From NCBI GenBank assembly GCA_023140385.1, contig JAGLLT010000014.1, forward strand, positions 1-37,122: a stretch of 37,122 nucleotides of DNA, in the 5' to 3' direction. The notes under the pieces are model-generated. The model did no database searches. It saw nothing but the letters and a program-made list of their open reading frames with translations, and had not been told where the DNA came from. Of this stretch, positions 32,001 through 37,122 are shown piece after piece (positions within the stretch are counted from its first letter, which is position 1; every line of letters starts with the position of its first letter). The position numbers were made by a program, and so were the translations under genes. This DNA comes from Candidatus Omnitrophota bacterium. GTDB lineage: Bacteria > Omnitrophota > Gorgyraeia > JAGLLT01.

Positions 32001-32309
32001 ACAGATATATTTGATTGGATAAAGCATCAAGGACTAGCAGGGAGTTATCATGTAGTACCAATTACATTTATTTATGATTTGAAACAACTTACCGCTGAAG
32101 AGTTAAACGAACTTCCGTATTATATTTTCCAGATTTTGAGAACTAGCAATGATCCGGCGGAGCTTGAATTGGCTAAAGATGTTTTACTTAAAGTTAAACC
32201 GAAGCGCAAAGATAAACAACAGGAGTTAACTGACATAGAAGGTAGGATAGAAGCTGAGGGTAATGACACTATAAAACAAATCTTACGCCAAGTACTTGAT
32301 GCAGTATAA
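29049..32309 (+). CDS. KAP-family P-loop NTPase with two TM helices and a long helical C-terminal region
   Basis: PFTIGLFGRWGSGKS Walker A, FDVWKH, TM hairpin insert, ILIVFDNIDR Walker B, EFLRKFF, NPRQV..FIN; AT-rich. Confidence 0.88.
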   Translation: MNKIDKKEIEYNFLIDKPVEDGEELKFGHYELGETLVDIVRKCKTPFTIGLFGRWGSGKSTLAHFLRAELQTRKIPVIIFDVWKHEKDNILRRAFLKELVSQLKEEYGRKKINKDIFEIGDDRFEINDRIDSAITKNNEGKIKINWEKVKQAREILVLFVLIGLLIAIIPSSILTSWRMFWTILSWMISLVFGGTVLIWLLKITTTFFYTETTTIGRDRFQDPSEFEKEFKRILEAIRKDYEKILIVFDNIDRVSSDKALEVLSAIKTFLEPDKKVMKRDVVFLVPCDAQALRKHIMDIYQVENTSAYDPDEFLRKFFSTTIRIPDFFVTEMELYVRSKLENTNVAHFNNDLISALITIAFRDNPRQVIQFINVLLASYLLILHRCGENEDFDSDFLDKRTPELCRYLLLESRFPAIMEKIKEKNIYDVDSVDIQQLKNMGLEDKNSIFDKFIDIKKRTVNLAPLKNARIFYTMRRSNEEKEFSGINDFFIALEEQESESAQGFIKGIDNFQKKRPSLSRLISDRLEKITNPIMKARFIDSLLSVLYKEKKDLEESTVSSIYTATENLELMCLIYIQPNVFAEIMLKHKKEWRRPTFDRWISIISKKTEEDKQEKISDDFMEILLSVFISRIGWLTQQQISKVVKNIVQPVFFMPSSGKLLTANLGIQDQLVSEDYVRGFIENMTTGDITQEIPENIKIVTKFKDKFFTENTSNELLRKFTEILKEAQEGIEISDFLENEKGIPSKNVYMHLNKLMLEKKDIFSKVDDKPLWNDVLDDINELNSSTDTNNRKIFMPLCFSLWLVVPDGIKNQLETYISDFIQQASLESVKYFISNSGNQILSEGEEFMEGLENQALQDDDYFNYLYNEFYKDPDLKYNILIKLINTDLMSALSKIKSEHANLPKKADVINKILDKFDNTSNQDKSEIIEICNLTKCAKNTVLRDKLGEKIKTLLTQPNKEQQVIMQGVASKLNYFGDKKLRQISTDIFDWIKHQGLAGSYHVVPITFIYDLKQLTAEELNELPYYIFQILRTSNDPAELELAKDVLLKVKPKRKDKQQELTDIEGRIEAEGNDTIKQILRQVLDAV

Positions 32310-32532
32310 ATTTTGTCAATGAGATAAAGGAAGCCCGCCCGGCTGTGACTGCCGGAGAAAATTTAAGCTGTAACCACATAGCAAACCCATTACCTATTTG
32401 TAACAGACCCTGTGAGAAGAAAGGAATTCAAAAAAACAAGTAAAAATAATTTCTGCTTGTACCTACTTTAGCCAGTGCATGTATATCAAAACAATTAAAT
32501 TAATCCTACGAAATATCAGTAGACTTATTTGG

Positions 32533-33537
32533 TTAAATTACAAAATTTGTTTCCTTTATGATTTGGTAAACACCCTTAATGCCAATTAAATTTATTGGGG
32601 TTTTACCTATTCCCTTTGCTTCGCTAATTGCGCTTGATGTAAAATGACTTGTTGAAATAATTACTCCGAAGCTATTAAATCCTAAGCTTCCTCTTAAATT
32701 TGCTATTTCTTTTCTTCCAACAGAATGTTTCCATCTTTTTACTTGAAATTGATAATTTAAATCTAAACTAAATCTATGCCTTAAAAAAGCGCTGATATCA
32801 ATACCATCATCACCGCTCTTTTTAGTTACTTTTACATCTATAAATCCAGTATGTTCAATTAGTTTAGCCATTAAACCTTCAAATTCATAGGGATTAATGG
32901 TTAGCAAGTTTTTCTTTAAGGCCTCAATGCTTTTTAATGTTTCTTCGGTTAGTTTTGGTAATATTTTTTCTTTTTCGGGTTTTTCTAGAATTACAGAATC
33001 AATAAGGGTATCTTCTGGTAAAATATCTTTCTTAAATTGGCTGTATAAAGGCAAAAAAGGTTTTGCAAAATCTCCGATTTTTAAAATTGGAATATCTGAA
33101 TAAATCTGGAATTCAAAAATCCATACTTTTCTCAAATTGCTTTGATTATCTATTTGATAATCCTGATAATGTCTTAATAAAAATAAAAAGCCGATAAATT
33201 TATATTGACTAATGCCTTCTTTTATAAATCCTAATATTGGAATGGGAGTTTCCATTTGCTCAACAATTCTTTTATTGACCCCTGATATTTCTTGATCTCC
33301 TTTTAATCCTGCTCCAGTGTATGTTAAAATATCCCCTTCAATTTTATCTGCGTATGGATTTCGTGTGGTATTTTTGTTTTCTTCAGCAGAGGTAATTAGA
33401 ACTATAAAATCAAGCTCTTTATTTTTTAGTTTTGGTCTAATTCCACCTAAATTAGAAACCTCCAGCGCATATTTAATTTGATCATTGTTGTAATGTTCAC
33501 CTATTTTCAATATCTCAGGAACAACAAATTTTTTCAT
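32533..33537 (-). CDS. SRA-domain + Mrr-like PD-(D/E)XK restriction endonuclease (putative 5mC-dependent)
   Basis: N-terminal NPYADKIEGDILTYTGAGLKGDQ...NK (SRA-like); C-terminal PYEFEGL...GF...SGDDGID...QVKRW...STS.FT..A (Mrr_cat). Confidence 0.82.
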   Translation of the reverse strand: MKKFVVPEILKIGEHYNNDQIKYALEVSNLGGIRPKLKNKELDFIVLITSAEENKNTTRNPYADKIEGDILTYTGAGLKGDQEISGVNKRIVEQMETPIPILGFIKEGISQYKFIGFLFLLRHYQDYQIDNQSNLRKVWIFEFQIYSDIPILKIGDFAKPFLPLYSQFKKDILPEDTLIDSVILEKPEKEKILPKLTEETLKSIEALKKNLLTINPYEFEGLMAKLIEHTGFIDVKVTKKSGDDGIDISAFLRHRFSLDLNYQFQVKRWKHSVGRKEIANLRGSLGFNSFGVIISTSHFTSSAISEAKGIGKTPINLIGIKGVYQIIKETNFVI

Positions 33538-33539
33538 AC

Positions 33540-33734
33540 TTATTTCCTAGCAAAAGATAAGGTGTTTTTTTGATGGATTGAAATCGTATAACCTCTTACA
33601 GTTAAAATTTTTTCTAGAACTAACAATCTAATTAATGTTCTCGCACAATAATTATCGAAATTTTGTTCCGATTCATACTCAGAGAATACTTTTCTGTATT
33701 CTGCTAACAATTTTCTATTAGATAGACTTTTCAT
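33540..33734 (-). CDS. Hypothetical 64-aa protein
   Basis: Stop is 2 nt before the nuclease start; ATG overlaps the upstream TGA. Confidence 0.5.
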   Translation of the reverse strand: MKSLSNRKLLAEYRKVFSEYESEQNFDNYCARTLIRLLVLEKILTVRGYTISIHQKNTLSFARK

Positions 33735-33869
33735 AATTGGGAAGAAGCAACCTCCAAAACTAAACCGCCTGGACCGCAGAAAAGTTCTCCAAATTTAAAA
33801 GCAATTATTTTATTGCCGGTTCTTTTGGGGGGCAATAAAACTGTTTTTTAAAAGCGGTTGTGTCTGCAT
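33731..33869 (-). pseudogene. 5' remnant of a C5 cytosine DNA methyltransferase
   Basis: FKFGELFCGPGGL (motif I, FxGxGG) at 33761-33799; joined to ATG 33869 only by a 1-nt shift near a C6 run; stops 9 codons after the motif. Confidence 0.72.
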
Positions 33870-33968
33870 ATTTAGTACCTTCGGCCTATTTAAAATAATT
33901 ATAGCAGAAAACAGTATGAAATGAAACCGAAAAAATGCACAGAAAAGTATCCCAGCTTGCTCTGATAA

Positions 33969-34226
33969 TTAATCGCTATAGAGTGTACAGCCTACCTCAA
34001 AACCCATCTTTTCGAGCTGTCGGTGGGCAGCGGTTGTGATAAATGTTGAACGGCCGATTTTCAACGTTTCAGCCAGTGCCTGTTTAGCCGGGAATCGTTT
34101 TCCATGAACCATTATGTAATATGTATTGACCCTTTCTGGTGAAACGTTTTTTAACGCCTGCTCAACATCTTTCTTTGAGCAGGTATACGGTTTTCCATTT
34201 AGACTAAAAGAAATAGCTTTTGCCAT
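33969..34226 (-). CDS. Small protein resembling the SCO5918 / ScoMcrA N-terminal head domain
   Basis: PE....YY..V.GKRFP.KQ...F.T..A.R.L..MGF.V pattern; AAGGAGGT RBS. Confidence 0.6.
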   Translation of the reverse strand: MAKAISFSLNGKPYTCSKKDVEQALKNVSPERVNTYYIMVHGKRFPAKQALAETLKIGRSTFITTAAHRQLEKMGFEVGCTLYSD

Positions 34227-34274
34227 TTGTATACCTCCTTTTTATATTTACCAATTACTATTACAACTACTACT

Positions 34275-34302
34275 ATTATACCTATTATCTTTAGGATGTC
34301 AA
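34275..34302 (-). promoter_or_regulatory. Promoter for the minus-strand island genes
   Basis: Minus strand TTGACA-N16-TATAAT. Confidence 0.65.
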
Positions 34303-34372
34303 GGAAAATATTGGAAGCTTTCCCGCGTTTACTGCAAGGATTTCTTGCAACAAATTGATTATCAATAGGTTC

Positions 34373-34468
34373 GAAAAAACTGCTTAAAATAGAAGTTTTT
34401 AAAAGATTGTTTTTGAAATATACTTGCAAAACAAGTCTTATACTATATAATGATATAAAGTATATATA
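34373..34468 (+). repeat. Direct repeat, right copy (ogt tail + promoter, upstream of the helicase)
   Basis: See left copy; still reads KKLLKIE/FLKDCF* across the indel. Confidence 0.92.
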
Positions 34469-34514
34469 AACTAGTAGATTAAGATAACATATTCAAAAGT
34501 GAGATCGGTTACGG

Positions 34515-37122
34515 ATGAAAAAGCAGGATATTTTAAATAATCTAAACCCCGAACAAAAGAAAGCGGTTATTCATGACAAGGGGCCGCTTTTGATTATTGC
34601 CGGGGCCGGGACCGGCAAGACAAGAGTTATTACCAGAAGAATTGCCTATCTTATAGCCTCTAAAAGAGCGGAACCCCAGCAGATTTTAGCCTTAACCTTT
34701 ACCGATAAGGCTGCCGCCGAGATGGAAGAAAGAGCGGATGTTTTAGTTCCCTATGGATACGCGGACATCTGGGTGAGTACCTTTCATGCTTTTGGGGAGA
34801 GGGTGCTGAGCGAGAAGGCGCTTGAAATAGGCATGGACTCCAACTTCAAGGTTTTGACTAAAGCTGAGCAGATAATTTTTATCAAGGAGCGTCTCTTTGA
34901 ATTTCCTATGAACTATTACCGGCCCCTGGGCAACCCGGACAGTTTCATCAAGGCTCTGGTGAGTGTTTTTTCAAGAGCCCGCGACGAGGATGTAAGCCCC
35001 GAGGAGTATCTGGCCTATGCCGAAAAGTTAAAGAAGAAGTTAAAAAAAGAGCCCGGCAATCGGGAATTAGGCGAACTGGCCAAAAAGGAGGAAGAAGTCG
35101 CTCTTTGCTATCAGAAGTATCAGGAATTGAAGTCAAAAGAAGGGATGATTGATTTCGGAGACCAATTTTTTCTGACACTCAAAATACTGAGAAAACACCC
35201 CACGATATTAAGCGAGTATCAGCAAAGGTTTAAATATATCCTGGTTGATGAATTTCAGGATACTAATTATGCCCAGTTTGAACTGGTTAAACTGCTGGCG
35301 GGAGGCCACGGAAACCTGACGGTTTCAGCTGATGATGACCAGTCTATATATAAATTCAGAGGAGCGGCTATTAGCAACGTACTGGGTTTTTTGGATACCT
35401 ATCAGGATGCCAAAAAGGTGGTTATTACAGAAAATTACCGTTCGTCCCAGCCGATTTTAGATTGTGCCTACAGGTTGATAGAGCACAATAACCCCGATCG
35501 CCTGGAAGTAAAGGCGGGAATTGACAAGAGGCTAAAGGGGATAAGCAAAAAAGGCCCTCTTCCCAGGCATCTTTATTATGACACCTTATCTCATGAAGCG
35601 GATGCTGTCAGCGAACTTATAAAGGAAAAGATTGATAAGGGCAAGTATACTTATCAGGACTTTGCCATTTTGGTGCGTTCTAACAATGACGCTGAGCCTT
35701 TTCTGCAGGCTATGAATATGAAGGCTATACCATGGCGTTTTAGCGGCAATCAGGGGCTTTACTCGCGGCCTGAAATTCGCCTGGCGACCGCTTTTTTTAG
35801 AGTTCTCTCTAATCTGTCGGATTCTGTCAGCCTCTTTTACCTGGCAAGTTCGCAGATTTATAAGGTCAAGATGGAAGCCTTAACCCTCTTTATGAATTAC
35901 GCCCGGAGAAGAAATAGTTCTCTTTATAGCGTATTTAAAGAAGCGGATAATCTAGCTTCCTTTATAAACGTTGAGGCTGAAGAAGCGGATAAAATAAAGC
36001 GGTTTTTGAATGATATCGATAAGTTTCTTGAAGCCTCCCGGAATTTACCCGCGGGCAACGTGCTCTATATGTTTTTAAGCGAAACAGGTTACCTCAATTA
36101 CCTCACAAAACAAGAGAACCAGGATAGTGAAGACAAAATTAAAAATCTCTCCAAGTTCTTTGAGATAGTAAAAAATTTTAGCAGTCTGACCGAGAAAGAC
36201 AGAGTGCCTATGTTCGTTTCGCATCTGGACCTGTTGATTAATAGCGGAGACGACCCGGCTGTGGTTGAAGCCGATCCGGATATACCGGCGGTCAATGTTT
36301 TAACGGTGCATAAAGCTAAGGGGCTTGAATTTCCGGTGGTTTTTTTGGTGAGCCTGGTTATGGGTAAGTTTCCCTGGCCGAGAAGGCGGGAGGCCATCAG
36401 GCTTCCTGATGATTTGGTAAAGGATATTCTGCCGGTGAGTGACTTTTATCTTCAGGAGGAGAGGCGGCTTTTTTACGTAGCTATGACCAGAGCCAAGAAA
36501 GAACTTTTTATGATGAGTTCGAGGGATTATGGAGGCAAGCGCCCGCGAAAAGTATCTATTTTTGTGCTGGAAGCTCTGGACTTGCCTAAGGCAGACTTTG
36601 AACCGTATAAGTCAAACGCCCTCGAGACAATAAAGAGGCATACTCCGCGGGCCGATAGCCCGGAAGCAAAGAAGACGGAGATAGCGGATGATAAAATCAT
36701 TAACCTAAATGCCTATAAGATGGATGACTACCTGACCTGTCCCCTGAAATACAAGTACATTCATATATTGGGAGTGCCTATTTTTAGACACCATACTGTA
36801 ATTTATGGTAAAATTTTACATGATGTTGTCGGCGAATACTTTCAAAATAAAATGAACAAAAAAAAGATTACGCTGGATAATTTACTTGCTTTTTATGAAA
36901 AGATATGGATAAATGAAGGTTATCTGACAAAGGCCCACGAGAAGGAGCGTTTTAACACGGGGCGCGAAACGATTAGAAATTTTTTTGAAAGGGAAGAGAA
37001 GATTAAGAAACTTCCCACCTGTATTGAAGAACCCTTTAAGATTATTTTGAACAAAGACAGGATTTCCGGCAGGTTTGACCGGCTGGATGAAGAGGGGGAT
37101 GAGGCGGTAATTATTGATTACA
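34515..37122 (+). CDS. UvrD/PcrA-like SF1 helicase fused to a C-terminal PD-(D/E)XK nuclease (partial, absent from ORF track)
   Basis: LNPEQKKAV, AGAGTGKT, LTFTDKAA, VDEFQD, DDDQSIYKFRGA, TVHKAKGLEF, EERRLFYVAMTRA, then YLTCPLKY...GRFDRLD...IIDY; frame holds to the window end. Confidence 0.93.
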   Translation, partial: MKKQDILNNLNPEQKKAVIHDKGPLLIIAGAGTGKTRVITRRIAYLIASKRAEPQQILALTFTDKAAAEMEERADVLVPYGYADIWVSTFHAFGERVLSEKALEIGMDSNFKVLTKAEQIIFIKERLFEFPMNYYRPLGNPDSFIKALVSVFSRARDEDVSPEEYLAYAEKLKKKLKKEPGNRELGELAKKEEEVALCYQKYQELKSKEGMIDFGDQFFLTLKILRKHPTILSEYQQRFKYILVDEFQDTNYAQFELVKLLAGGHGNLTVSADDDQSIYKFRGAAISNVLGFLDTYQDAKKVVITENYRSSQPILDCAYRLIEHNNPDRLEVKAGIDKRLKGISKKGPLPRHLYYDTLSHEADAVSELIKEKIDKGKYTYQDFAILVRSNNDAEPFLQAMNMKAIPWRFSGNQGLYSRPEIRLATAFFRVLSNLSDSVSLFYLASSQIYKVKMEALTLFMNYARRRNSSLYSVFKEADNLASFINVEAEEADKIKRFLNDIDKFLEASRNLPAGNVLYMFLSETGYLNYLTKQENQDSEDKIKNLSKFFEIVKNFSSLTEKDRVPMFVSHLDLLINSGDDPAVVEADPDIPAVNVLTVHKAKGLEFPVVFLVSLVMGKFPWPRRREAIRLPDDLVKDILPVSDFYLQEERRLFYVAMTRAKKELFMMSSRDYGGKRPRKVSIFVLEALDLPKADFEPYKSNALETIKRHTPRADSPEAKKTEIADDKIINLNAYKMDDYLTCPLKYKYIHILGVPIFRHHTVIYGKILHDVVGEYFQNKMNKKKITLDNLLAFYEKIWINEGYLTKAHEKERFNTGRETIRNFFEREEKIKKLPTCIEEPFKIILNKDRISGRFDRLDEEGDEAVIIDY

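Noticed and set aside
32310..32532. Intergenic hairpin CCGGC-N7-GCCGG as an ncRNA or terminator
   Set aside because: Short stem, no U-tract and no recognisable RNA family
34126..34429. ORFs 34126-34368 and 34199-34429
   Set aside because: Low-complexity translations of promoter and repeat DNA overlapping better-supported features

Overview
Bacterial chromosomal window from a diderm; the many PilZ and TPR genes and the ExbBD-DUF4159 cluster suggest the PVC group or Omnitrophota, which is an inference only. The housekeeping backbone runs atpG(3')-atpD-atpC, an AMIN-PilZ membrane protein, rsmI, purN, a phosphohexomutase, eno-ftsB-tRNA-fMet, tRNA-Ala and tRNA-Leu, nfo, leuS, a TPR-TPR-ExbB-ExbD-ExbD-DUF4159 cluster, comEA-comEC, an AEC transporter, PilZ-bamD-lptE-holA, rpsT, and a UvrD-like helicase-nuclease that runs off the window end. 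Two accessory regions interrupt it. (1) 22554-25100 is a minus-strand integron cassette array with four attC sites, an attI-like site, a candidate Pc promoter and a terminator, but no integrase gene beside it. Its cargo is three exported proteins, one intact BrnT/BrnA pair and one broken BrnT/antitoxin cassette fused to its neighbour by loss of an attC. (2) 28851-34468 is an AT-rich, defence-like island bounded by a ~76-100 bp direct repeat made of the ogt 3' end plus a promoter. It holds an XRE/C-protein remnant, a 1086-aa membrane KAP NTPase, an SRA-Mrr (5mC-dependent-type) nuclease, the dead 5' stub of a C5-cytosine methyltransferase and a stand-alone ScoMcrA-head-like protein. All family calls come from motif recognition by eye; no database searches were run.
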